Positions 18,546-27,784 of a stretch of DNA of 43,688 nucleotides are shown piece by piece; within the stretch, counting starts at the first letter, position 1, and every line of letters begins with the position of its first letter. The translations under genes were made by a program, and so were the position numbers. The DNA comes from Alphaproteobacteria bacterium. GTDB taxonomy: Bacteria; Pseudomonadota; Alphaproteobacteria; UBA9219. Location of the stretch: positions 1 through 43,688 of the forward strand of contig JBAVWC010000001.1 of assembly GCA_049697595.1 (NCBI GenBank). The letters are read 5' to 3'. Under the pieces are notes generated by a model. That model did no database searches and was not told where the DNA came from. It saw nothing but the letters and a program-made list of their open reading frames with translations.

Positions 18546-20459
18546 TCAGGCTGGCGTGCAGCAGCGTTTGGCTTTCTTGCCTGTCGAGCAACAAGGCTTT
18601 GAAGGAGCCGTGACGGCGGCTCGCGGCGCGATTAAGGGCATAGGGTTGGCACCATAACGATCATTACTGTAGGGGCCTAACTGGATGACCTGATCCTTCT
18701 TGATGCGCAGTTTCGCCAGAATCCCATCATCCAAATAATCGGAGGGTTTAAAGCTTTGTTTCTGGCCGCTCGCGTTCATGAGGAAGAGCAACGTTTGGTT
18801 TTCGCTTTGACGTAATATCGCGAAAACGTCGCCGTCCTTTTTGATAACTCGCGCCTGTCCACGGATAAGCGCGGGTTGTTCCTTGCGCCAGCGGAAAAGC
18901 TGACGCGTGTAGTTGAGAAAAGAGGCGGGATTGGCTGCCTGCCTGTCGACCGCAAGCGCGTAGTGGCTTTTCGCGGCGGGCAGATAGGGATCATCCGATT
19001 CTGAAAATCCGGCATTCTTGGAAGCGGAATCCCACGGGAACGCCGTACGGCAGCCGTCGCGGCCTTCGGCCCCCATTGTCGAAACCGTCGGGTCCTTGAT
19101 TTTGTCACGGGGAATATCGGCGGGGACAGTGGCTTGCCGCAACTCCAATTCCTGCCCCTGATACATCGAGAAACATCCGGGTAGGAAGACAAAGAGTTCC
19201 ATCAATTGGCGCAGGGCCTGAGGATGATATTCCTCTGGCACATTTTTGAGAACGCGCGACGCTGAACGAGGTGTGTCGTGGTTATCCACCGAGTTACAAT
19301 GACCGCCATTTTCCGGAAAAGTATCGAGAACATAGGCGGCCATATCCGCGAGCCTTTGCTGCGTTGGATATTCGAACATCATCGTCAGCGCGTCGGTATA
19401 GCACATGTCGATGCCGGTTTTAGGCTGGACATAGCTAGCTGCAACGGGAATGCTGCCGCCGCCGCCATAGGGACCGCAGACCGCTTCGCCCAGCATTGTG
19501 CGCTTGGTTGGATAGCTATCGGCGAGTTCGCGGAGCCGCCCGGCCAGTTCGACCGTTTGCGGCTGGCAAATGCTGTGATCGAAACGTTGATCGGTCCAGC
19601 CTTCATGTGCGCGTGGCCATTGGCCGTCGCTCCACGGATTGTTGCGGAGCAGTTGCCTTCCCGTATCAGGATCTACTGCGGGATCGTAATTAGCGAAAGG
19701 CAACGCATCGATGCGGAAACCGTCAACGCCCATATCGAGCCAAAATTTCATTTCGCCGAGAATGGCATCCTGAACCTTGGGGAGATTCAGGTTGTTTTGT
19801 GGTTGGCTCTTGAGGAAGTTGTGCAGGTAATATTGATTGCGCACATCGTCCCATTTCCACGCAATGCCACCAAACACTGATTTCCAGTTGTTGGGCGGAA
19901 AATGCTGGGTGGATTTCTGCTCTTTTTCGTCCCAGGTCCAGACTTCGCCGTGCGGGTTGTTTTTCCAATCTGCGGGCGGCTTTTGCGAACCGTGATCTAC
20001 TTTCCAGCCGTCGGACCAAACATAATGATCTTCGAATCCGGGTTCGCGATTGCGGCTTTTCTGGAACCAATCATGTTCGTCCGAAGTATGCGCGATCACG
20101 AAATCGATATAGACGCGCAGGCCACGATCATGTGCTTCCTTGAGCAGCTCTTTGAAATCGTCCATCGTGCCGAACTGATCGCCAATCGCGCGATAGTCGG
20201 ACACGGCATAGCCGCCGTCGCCTTCGGGGCCGAGGGGGGTTTTGTAGAATGGAGATATCCAGATCGAGTCGACGCCGAGGTCTTTGATGTAATCGAGTTT
20301 GGATGTGATGCCTTTGATATCGCCGTGGCCGTCATTGTTGCTGTCGGCGAAGCTGGCGGGGTAGACTTGATAAATAACTTCGGAGGGCCGTTGCTCAACG
20401 ACAGTATCTGTACTCCGGATGAAAGCGGATTTTGCAGGCTGCCGATCGACCATATTCAT
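18546..20459 (-). CDS. GH13 alpha-glucosidase / oligo-1,6-glucosidase-like enzyme
   Basis: YQVYPASFADSNNDGHGDIKGITSKLDYIKDLGVDSIWISPFY, GFRIDA and VDNHDTPR are GH13 conserved regions. It carries an unusual Cys-rich C-terminal tail. Confidence 0.85.
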   Translation of the reverse strand: MNMVDRQPAKSAFIRSTDTVVEQRPSEVIYQVYPASFADSNNDGHGDIKGITSKLDYIKDLGVDSIWISPFYKTPLGPEGDGGYAVSDYRAIGDQFGTMDDFKELLKEAHDRGLRVYIDFVIAHTSDEHDWFQKSRNREPGFEDHYVWSDGWKVDHGSQKPPADWKNNPHGEVWTWDEKEQKSTQHFPPNNWKSVFGGIAWKWDDVRNQYYLHNFLKSQPQNNLNLPKVQDAILGEMKFWLDMGVDGFRIDALPFANYDPAVDPDTGRQLLRNNPWSDGQWPRAHEGWTDQRFDHSICQPQTVELAGRLRELADSYPTKRTMLGEAVCGPYGGGGSIPVAASYVQPKTGIDMCYTDALTMMFEYPTQQRLADMAAYVLDTFPENGGHCNSVDNHDTPRSASRVLKNVPEEYHPQALRQLMELFVFLPGCFSMYQGQELELRQATVPADIPRDKIKDPTVSTMGAEGRDGCRTAFPWDSASKNAGFSESDDPYLPAAKSHYALAVDRQAANPASFLNYTRQLFRWRKEQPALIRGQARVIKKDGDVFAILRQSENQTLLFLMNASGQKQSFKPSDYLDDGILAKLRIKKDQVIQLGPYSNDRYGANPMPLIAPRAAVTAPSKPCCSTGKKAKRCCTPA

Positions 20460-20796
20460 CTCCCTAAAAATGTCCTACGAGACTTGTAAATATCGTACTG
20501 CTCAGAGCAATTTAGGGAAGCATAGAAAAATGAATACTACAATATGCAGCAATTGATTTCACAGATTTCAGCGATGCCGCTGAGTGCAGTGCAGCAATTT
20601 TTGTGTCATGCGTAAATGCGCGTTACATATTTAGCGCGGCAGCAATTGGGGTATTGGCATAACAGGGTTAAGCGGTTTTCGGTTTGCACCCGCACAATCA
20701 AAACGCGACAACAGCGTTAATAATTTTCCTGCGCTGGAAAAAGAGCGCATACACGCGGCAAAAAGCACACAAAAGAACAACAATTCTTACGAATCG

Positions 20797-22362
20797 TCAC
20801 TCCCATTCAATCGTGCCGGGGGGTTTGCTGGTGACATCATAAGTGACGCGGTTGATGCCGCGCACTTCGTTGATGAGGCGCGTCGCGGCGCGGGCGAGGA
20901 AGGCGTGTTCGAACGGATAGGCTTCGGCTGTCATGCCGTCTACCGAGGTGACGGCGCGCAGAGCCAGCACATAATCATAGGAACGCCCGTCGCCCATAAC
21001 GCCGACTGTGCGGACGGGCAACAACACGGCGAAGGCTTGCCAGATTTCATCGTATAAACCCGCTTTGCGGATTTCATCGAGATAGACGGTGTCGGCTTTG
21101 CGCAAGATCGCAAGTTTTTCCGGCGTGATGTCGCTGAGGATGCGGATAGCGAGGCCGGGGCCGGGAAACGGGTGGCGTCCGACGAAAGATTCAGGCAGAC
21201 CGAGTTCGCGACCAAGCGCACGCACTTCATCCTTGAACAATTCGCGCAACGGTTCGACGAGTTTCAGTTTCATGCGCTCGGGCAAGCCGCCGACATTGTG
21301 ATGCGATTTGATCGTGACGCTGGGGCCGCCGGTGAAGGAAACGCTTTCGATAACGTCGGGATAGAGCGTGCCTTGGGCGAGGAATGCGACGTCTTTAATT
21401 TTTTGGGCTTCGTCGTCGAAGGTTTCGATGAAAAGTCTGCCGATGATTTTGCGTTTTTGTTCGGGGTCGGTGACGCCCGCGAGAGCCGACAGGAATTTTT
21501 CTACGGCATCGACTGCCACTAGCGGGATGTTGTAGTGCGAGCGGAATAAAGTCACGACCTGATCGGCTTCGCCTTCGCGCATCATGCCGGTATCGACGAA
21601 GATGCAGGTGAGTTGGTCACCTATTGCTTCGTGGATCAGGACGGCTGCCACCGCGCTATCGACGCCGCCGGACAGGCCGCAGATGACTTTGCCCCCCGCC
21701 TTACCTGTGCCGACTTGTTTGCGGATTTTTTCTATTTCGGTGGTGCGGAAAGCCTTCATGCTCCACTGATTGCCGCAGCCGCATATTTTGTGGACGAAGT
21801 TGCCGAGCAGTTTCGCGCCGTCGGGCGTGTGAACGACTTCAGGGTGGAATTGCACGCCGTAGAATTTGCGTTGTTCGTTAGCAATGAAGGCAAAGGGCGC
21901 GCCGTCGCTGGTGGCGACGACGTTAAAACCTGCGGGAATTTTGGTGACGCGGTCGCCGTGGCTCATCCACACCTGATTGCGCGAGCCTTGCGCCCAGAGG
22001 CCTTCGAATAACGCGCAGCTTTGTTTGACTTCGAGTTGGGATTTTCCGAATTCGCGGTGATGCCCTCCTTCGACAGCGCCGCCCAATTGCATGCACATCG
22101 TTTGCTGGCCATAGCAGATGCCGAGAACCGGCACGCCTAGATCCCAGACAGCTTGCGGAGCGCGAGGGCTGTTTTCTTCGAGCGTCGAAGCGGGGCTGCC
22201 GGAAAGGATGATGCCTTTGGGATTGAAGGCGCGCACTTGGTCGTCGGTGCGGTTATAGGGCTGGATTTCGCAATAGACCCCTGCTTCGCGCACACGGCGG
22301 GCGATGAGCTGGGTGACTTGGGAACCGAAATCGAGGATGAGGATTTTGTCTTGCGCGGTCAT
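20797..22362 (-). CDS. guaA: GMP synthase (glutamine-hydrolysing)
   Basis: 521 aa. GATase domain ([27 protein letters not shown]), ATP-PPase SGGVDS motif and C-terminal ...KPPGTIEWE. Confidence 0.97.
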   Translation of the reverse strand: MTAQDKILILDFGSQVTQLIARRVREAGVYCEIQPYNRTDDQVRAFNPKGIILSGSPASTLEENSPRAPQAVWDLGVPVLGICYGQQTMCMQLGGAVEGGHHREFGKSQLEVKQSCALFEGLWAQGSRNQVWMSHGDRVTKIPAGFNVVATSDGAPFAFIANEQRKFYGVQFHPEVVHTPDGAKLLGNFVHKICGCGNQWSMKAFRTTEIEKIRKQVGTGKAGGKVICGLSGGVDSAVAAVLIHEAIGDQLTCIFVDTGMMREGEADQVVTLFRSHYNIPLVAVDAVEKFLSALAGVTDPEQKRKIIGRLFIETFDDEAQKIKDVAFLAQGTLYPDVIESVSFTGGPSVTIKSHHNVGGLPERMKLKLVEPLRELFKDEVRALGRELGLPESFVGRHPFPGPGLAIRILSDITPEKLAILRKADTVYLDEIRKAGLYDEIWQAFAVLLPVRTVGVMGDGRSYDYVLALRAVTSVDGMTAEAYPFEHAFLARAATRLINEVRGINRVTYDVTSKPPGTIEWE

Positions 22363-22406
22363 TGTGTTATTGGACTTTCTTCAGAAAACGGTTCGCCAGC
22401 CCAAGC

Positions 22407-22496
22407 TGGCGGAGAGGAGGAGATTTGAACTCCTGAAACGGTTACCCGTTTAACGGTTTTCGAGACCGCCGCATTCGACCACTCTGCCACCTCTCC
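22407..22496 (-). tRNA. tRNA-Ser (anticodon CGA) with encoded CCA
   Basis: Hand-folded cloverleaf. Acceptor GGAGAGG/CCTCTCC, anticodon stem GCGGT/ACCGT with loop CTCGAAA, long variable arm AAACGG-GTAA-CCGTTT, T-arm AGGAG-TTCAAAT-CTCCT. Confidence 0.9.
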
Positions 22497-22547
22497 GGCC
22501 TTTGAAAATAAACAGTTTTTTGCCTTTTTATTCAAGGGAAAAACCTG

Positions 22548-22573
22548 TTTGCCCACCAAATTGCCCACCAAAA
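22548..22573. repeat. Tandem direct repeat TTGCCCACCAAA x2
   Basis: Sequence tttgcccaccaaattgcccaccaaaa, between the tRNA-Ser 5' end and the integrase stop. Confidence 0.8.
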
Positions 22574-22589
22574 TGAAAAAGCATGCTTT

Positions 22590-23402
22590 TTAACCCAAGG
22601 TAGGCGCTCCTTTAGGCCGGGTCTTTATAGCAGAACGAAACGCGCTGTCGAGCTTTTCAGCAGCGTCATTTTGCATCGTATCCGAGACATGGGAATAAAG
22701 GTCTAGGGTCGTTGTAATGGTGCTGTGTCCCAGCCGTTCCTGAGCAATTTTAGGGTGTACCCCCTCCATCAGCAATTGTGTGGCGTGAGAATGCCGCAGG
22801 TCGTGAAACCTGATGATTGGAAGGTTCGGAACGCTCCTGATGGCCACGCTAAATTCGGCAGTTATGCTATCGGGTTTTACCACTCCCCCATCCCAGCTAC
22901 GTCCGCAGACGAAGGTATCGTCTGTGGCCTTACGACCAAGCGCAGATAAATCTTTGGCCTGTTTATCTTTCCATGCCTTTAACTCCTCAAGGGCATAATT
23001 CGGCAATATAATTGCCCTTGTTTTCTCGGTTTTAGGAGCCTTGAAGCGAAGCTTGATCCCGACTTGCTCAACACTCTCCACTACGCGAATGGTCTTTTTC
23101 TCAAAATCTATGTTTCTCCAACGTAAAGCTGCGATCTCTCCACGCCGCATTCCCGTAGCAAGCGCAAGCAATACCGGCCAGTAAATAGGTCTGCCCCGTA
23201 TTGCATCCAGCAGGACTGTGGACTGTTCAATATCGAGAGATGTTATGGCTGTCTTTTTTGCTCTCGGCGGCTTTACTACATCGGCAGGATTGCGAATGAT
23301 CAGTTGCAATTGCAGGGCATGTTTAAGTGCTGATCTGAAAATACGGTGAATATGAAGACGGCTTCGTGGCGCTAAGCCGTGCGCGTATCGGAGCCGCGTT
23401 AC
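22590..23402 (-). pseudogene. Tyrosine recombinase (phage integrase family) lacking its N-terminal domain
   Basis: The catalytic domain is intact (ATGMRRGE, HDLRHSHAT, LGHSTITTTLDLYSH). The frame is open upstream only to 23402 (..GLAPRSRLHIHRIFRSALKHALQLQLIIRNPAD). No plausible start precedes the TTG at 23309, and the core-binding/arm domain is absent. Confidence 0.8.
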
Positions 23403-24761
23403 TCAATCAAAAACATGGAAAGGTTCTATGCGGAAAAGCGGGCTGGAGAAGTCACAAATGCCGGAGATAGTATCGTCATGTATGAGAAATGGCGTCAATT
23501 GCATGATGACGCCATTCTCAAAGAAATCTCAGACTATAATGAGTTTGATTGTCGCTCGACCTTGATGTGTCGAGATTGGCTTTTAGGTCTGCGTCCCAAG
23601 GACGGTGTTCAATGGTTCTCTCCACAAATCGCCAACGAAGCTAATGAGCCTGAGAAAGAGAAGAACCGACGGGAAGCCGAGGCGCGTACAGTGGCTTTCA
23701 TAAAAAAGCTACTTGAGGGAATGCCGGAGGCAGAAAAACCGTGGCGAAAGTTGGTCGGGCATTTGCTGGAGTTTCATCGTCGCGAGGCCAAGCCGAAATG
23801 GTGGGCGATGTTTAACCGTCAGGAAATGACGGACGAAGAATTGGTTGATGATGCCGAATGTATCGGCAAACTCACCCGCGATCCAGACTGCCCTCCCTAC
23901 ATGGATAAAAGGTCTGTTGTTCACACTTACCGTTTCCCTGTCCAAGATTTCAAAATGAGGCTTGGCGATAATCCGTTTCGTTCTGGCACTTTGGAAGCTG
24001 CGGAACAAATTGTTGCTCTTGATGACAAAAATGGGCGCGTTGCCTTGAAACTGGGGCCGAGCCGTAGCCCATTGCCGGATACATTGTCCCTCATCGCCGA
24101 AGGCCCACTTACTGACAAGGTATTGAGGGAGGCCGTCTATCGCTATGCCGAAGCTGTGATTGGGGGCCGTCAACAGCATTACGGCGCGATCACCAGTATT
24201 CTGCGTAAAGAACATCCTCGCCTGACAGAAACCGTGGCCGGAAACGCAATAATTCCACCGCAAGCCGATCCACTGGCAGCAGCTATTGATGCCATATGTC
24301 GCCTTGATAATAGCCACATGCTTATACAAGGGCCACCCGGCACAGGAAAAACCTTCACCTCGTCACACGCTATTGTCGAATTACTAAAGCGCGGCAAGCG
24401 TGTCGGTATCGCCTCAAACTCGCACAAAGCTGTCAATAACTTGCTTGCCGCAGTTGAGAAACAGGCTTTGAAGCGGAGCATTCAGTTCAAAGGTATTAAG
24501 AAGTCTTCTAACGATGGGCAATTCTTTGACAGTTCCGGCCTCATTAAAAACACAACGGATAATAAGGATGTTGAAAATGGCGGCTACCAGCTTGTTGCTG
24601 GAACGGCTTGGCTTTTCGCACGAACAGAACTTGACCAAGCTCTCGACTATCTTTTTATCGACGAGGCTGGCCAAGTCAGCCTAGCCAATACCTCCGGTAA
24701 GTCTGAGGCGGGCCAATTCATCTGCCATTCTGGCTCTTGGCTCTTGATCCGCATCAAATGA
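23379..24761 (+). pseudogene. Fragment of a RecB-like nuclease / SF1 helicase (TM0106/DNA2-like), truncated at both ends
   Basis: It begins mid-domain (YSIKNMERFY...YNEFDCRST). It contains Walker A LIQGPPGTGKTFT and Walker B LFIDEAGQ. After ...QVSLAN (about 24690) helicase-like sequence stops and a stop codon follows shortly. Confidence 0.75.
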
Positions 24762-25182
24762 CTTTGGCTCTTGTGATGACTTGAGCGAGGTTTTTACAAT
24801 TCCGGCAGATTTGCCGTCAGGATTTTGAGCAGGGATTCTTTTTCTAGCGCGTGGTAGACCTCGCCCCATTTTGGCAACAACGGCAGGGAGCATGTCAGTT
24901 CCCGAGCGATTTTGGGATGCAAAAAGCCGCAGTGTCTTAGAGCCTCCTCATACTCTCGTCATGCCGTAGAGAAAATGAGCATTTAGCTTACTGAAAAAGC
25001 GTATTTTCAGCCAGACATCACGAGATCATGAGCAGAGATTCTTTGCCTAGCGCATGGCAGGGGGTTGCGCGAGCAGGTAACTTTCCTTTAACCATAACCG
25101 TTAATGCGATTTTAGTTCGCAGTTGTTAGAATTAACAGCAGCATCATGGGTCAACGTTTTAATAACTTGAAGGGGCGATGAT

Positions 25183-25449
25183 ATGAACAATCCTGGAAAG
25201 TATTCTAGTCTCGAAAATCCGGCTCATGCCGCCCCGGCCACTGATCCTAATATCAAGCCAGCCAGTGGCATCAGTCCAGCCGGTGGACGAGTTCAGATTT
25301 TTGGACCTACCGGTAGACCGGTGGGCGAGTTGGATCCCTTAGTGGCACAAATGTGTGCGGCGCAACTTACAGCGGGCGGATGCAGCATGATACAGCCGCT
25401 GAAGGACGCGGCACCAAACATGTTTCAAGGCTTGCAACCAAAAATGTGA
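25183..25449 (+). CDS. Hypothetical 88-aa protein
   Basis: ATG preceded by GAAGGGG about 8 nt upstream. No recognisable family. It lies at the edge of the decayed island. Confidence 0.3.
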   Translation: MNNPGKYSSLENPAHAAPATDPNIKPASGISPAGGRVQIFGPTGRPVGELDPLVAQMCAAQLTAGGCSMIQPLKDAAPNMFQGLQPKM

Positions 25450-25483
25450 GGCTAAGCAGCCGTTCTGCCTAAGCAACGGCGTC

Positions 25484-26653
25484 TTAAAGCTTGAACACGC
25501 CCTTCAATTCCTGCACCAGATCCAGACGTTCCCATGAGAAATGGCCGTCATCTTCGGGCTCGCGACCGAAATGGCCGAAGGATGAGGTCTTTTTGTAGAT
25601 CGGGCGATTCAGTTGCAAATGCTCGCGGATGCCGCGCGGGGATAGTTTGACGATGTCGCGCAGGATGTCGGGCAGTTTGCTGTCATCGACATGATGCGTG
25701 TCATGCGTGTTGACATAGAGCGAGAGCGGCTCCGACACGCCGATGGCATAGGCAAGCTGTAACGTGCAACGGTCTGCGATGCCTGCCGCGACGATATTCT
25801 TGGCCAGATAACGCGCCATATAGGCGGCGGAACGGTCAACCTTCGTGGGATCTTTGCCGGAAAACGCACCGCCGCCGTGGGGCGCCGCGCCGCCGTAGGT
25901 ATCGACGATAATCTTGCGGCCTGTGAGGCCCGCATCGCCGTCGGGGCCGCCGATGACAAAGCGGCCTGTCGGATTGACGTAGAAATATTGTTCTTCCGGG
26001 AACCAGCCTTTCGGCAATGCCGCTTCGGCATAAGGGCGCACGAGTTCGCGCACTGCCTCCTGATCGATCCGTTCATCATGCTGCGTCGAAACGACAACAC
26101 GGGTCGCGCGGGCGGGCTTGCCGTTGATATATTGCAGCGTGACCTGGCTTTTCGCATCGGGGCCAAGCATGGGCAATTTGCCTGCGTGGCGGGCTTCGGA
26201 AATCAGGCGCAGAATATTGTGCGAGTAGTAGAGCGGCGCGGGCATGTAAGTCGGCGTTTCGCGGCAGGCGTAGCCGAACATGATGCCCTGATCGCCTGCG
26301 CCTTCGTCCTTGTTGCCCAACGCATCCACGCCAACGGCGATATCGACCGATTGCGCATGAACGTAATTATGAATCTCGGCCCACTGCCAATGGAAACCTT
26401 TTTGCTCATAGCCGATTTCGCGAATGGCCTGGCGCGCGACTTCTTCCATTTCTTTCGGCGTGGCCTCACCGCGAATTTCGCCTGCGAGCACGACGCGATT
26501 GGTCGTCGCCATTGTTTCCACCGCGACGCGGCTGTGCGGGTCTTTGCTCAGAAACAAATCGACGATAGCGTCGGAAATTCTGTCGCATACTTTATCGGGA
26601 TGGCCTTCGCCGACGGATTCGGAAGTGAAGAGGAAATCGTTTGAAATGGTCAT
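25484..26653 (-). CDS. metK: S-adenosylmethionine synthetase
   Basis: 389 aa. [36 protein letters not shown] and [19 protein letters not shown]. Confidence 0.97.
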   Translation of the reverse strand: MTISNDFLFTSESVGEGHPDKVCDRISDAIVDLFLSKDPHSRVAVETMATTNRVVLAGEIRGEATPKEMEEVARQAIREIGYEQKGFHWQWAEIHNYVHAQSVDIAVGVDALGNKDEGAGDQGIMFGYACRETPTYMPAPLYYSHNILRLISEARHAGKLPMLGPDAKSQVTLQYINGKPARATRVVVSTQHDERIDQEAVRELVRPYAEAALPKGWFPEEQYFYVNPTGRFVIGGPDGDAGLTGRKIIVDTYGGAAPHGGGAFSGKDPTKVDRSAAYMARYLAKNIVAAGIADRCTLQLAYAIGVSEPLSLYVNTHDTHHVDDSKLPDILRDIVKLSPRGIREHLQLNRPIYKKTSSFGHFGREPEDDGHFSWERLDLVQELKGVFKL

Positions 26654-26682
26654 GGCAGGCTCCGATCAAAAAAGAGGTGGGA

Positions 26683-26711
26683 TAACTATCGTTGATTAGC
26701 CCGATAGTCAA
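26683..26711 (-). promoter_or_regulatory. Candidate sigma-70 promoter for metK overlapping the mtnA stop
   Basis: On the minus strand, TTGACT-N17-TAGTTA. The spacer region also contributes one arm of the 7-bp hairpin ACTATCG/CGATAGT (26685-26708). Confidence 0.3.
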
Positions 26712-27784
26712 CTATTAGGCGCACATTTTATTAATTCATTGGCGGGCATATTGCCGTTCTCGGTGATAAAGCCGGTGACCAAAGAAGCGGGCGTGACGTC
26801 GAAAGCCGTGTTATAGGCGTTTGACTGCGTTATCGTCACGGTTTCTATCGATCCGTTTGCCAGGCGGCCTGTTATTTGGGTGACTTCTTCGGGGCTGCGT
26901 TCTTCGATAGGGATTCCGGCCCCGTTCGCGAGCGTAAAATCGATCGTTGAGGACGGTAAAGCGACATAAAACGGCACCTGATTGGCTTGGGCGGCGAGTG
27001 CTTTTAGATAAGTGCCAATTTTATTGCAGACATCGCCGTTACGGGTGACCCGGTCTGCACCGACGATGCAGAAATCAACTTTCTTTTGGCTCATGAGCAA
27101 GCCTCCGGCATTATCCGTAATGACGGTGTGCGGGATGCCGTATTGTTGTAGCTCCCAGGCTGTAAGCGACGCGCCTTGATTGCGCGGCCTTGTTTCATCG
27201 ACCCACACATGCACGGGAATACCGGCATCGTGGGCCAGATATAGGGGCGCGAGCGCCGTTCCGTAATCGACGGTCGCCAACCACCCGGCATTGCAATGCG
27301 TGAGAATTTGCAGAGGACGAGCAGAAGGAAGCGATCCTGATAACGCCTTTATAATATCCAAACCGTTTTTGCCGATTGCAAGATTTATGGCGACATCTTC
27401 GTCACAGAGGGATGCGGCCTTGTTGTAAGCAATCGAAACGCGATCTGTCACAGGGGCCGCGACGACTGCTTGCCGCATGTGATCCAGAGCCCATTTCAGA
27501 TTGATTGCCGTGGGGCGTGTTTTAAAAAGAAAGTCATAAGCCCGATCAATCGCTGCGTCAGAGGCGTCTTGGCGCAGCGCGAGGCAGAAACCATAGGCGG
27601 CGACGGCACCTATTAACGGCGCGCCGCGAACCCACATTTCACGAATGGCTTGCGCCGCTTCCTCGCATGTTTTCAACTCGACAAAAAGAACTTCCCACGG
27701 CAAGCGGCGTTGATCGATGACGGTGACCGACCATTTGTTATCTGTCAGTTCAATCGAACGATAGTGCCTGCCGCCGATTTTCAT
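26708..27784 (-). CDS. mtnA: Methylthioribose-1-phosphate isomerase
   Basis: eIF-2B alpha/beta/delta-like sequence (RGAPLIGAVAAYG, THCNAG.LAT, VGADRV..NGD..NKIGTY). The ATG at 27784 overlaps the mtnK stop as ATGA. The ORF-track start at 27877 lies inside mtnK. Confidence 0.9.
   Translation of the reverse strand: MKIGGRHYRSIELTDNKWSVTVIDQRRLPWEVLFVELKTCEEAAQAIREMWVRGAPLIGAVAAYGFCLALRQDASDAAIDRAYDFLFKTRPTAINLKWALDHMRQAVVAAPVTDRVSIAYNKAASLCDEDVAINLAIGKNGLDIIKALSGSLPSARPLQILTHCNAGWLATVDYGTALAPLYLAHDAGIPVHVWVDETRPRNQGASLTAWELQQYGIPHTVITDNAGGLLMSQKKVDFCIVGADRVTRNGDVCNKIGTYLKALAAQANQVPFYVALPSSTIDFTLANGAGIPIEERSPEEVTQITGRLANGSIETVTITQSNAYNTAFDVTPASLVTGFITENGNMPANELIKCAPNS

Noticed and set aside
22359-22571. 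70-aa ORF on the minus strand
   Set aside because: It is superimposed on the tRNA-Ser gene and its flanks, and the tRNA fold fully explains the region.
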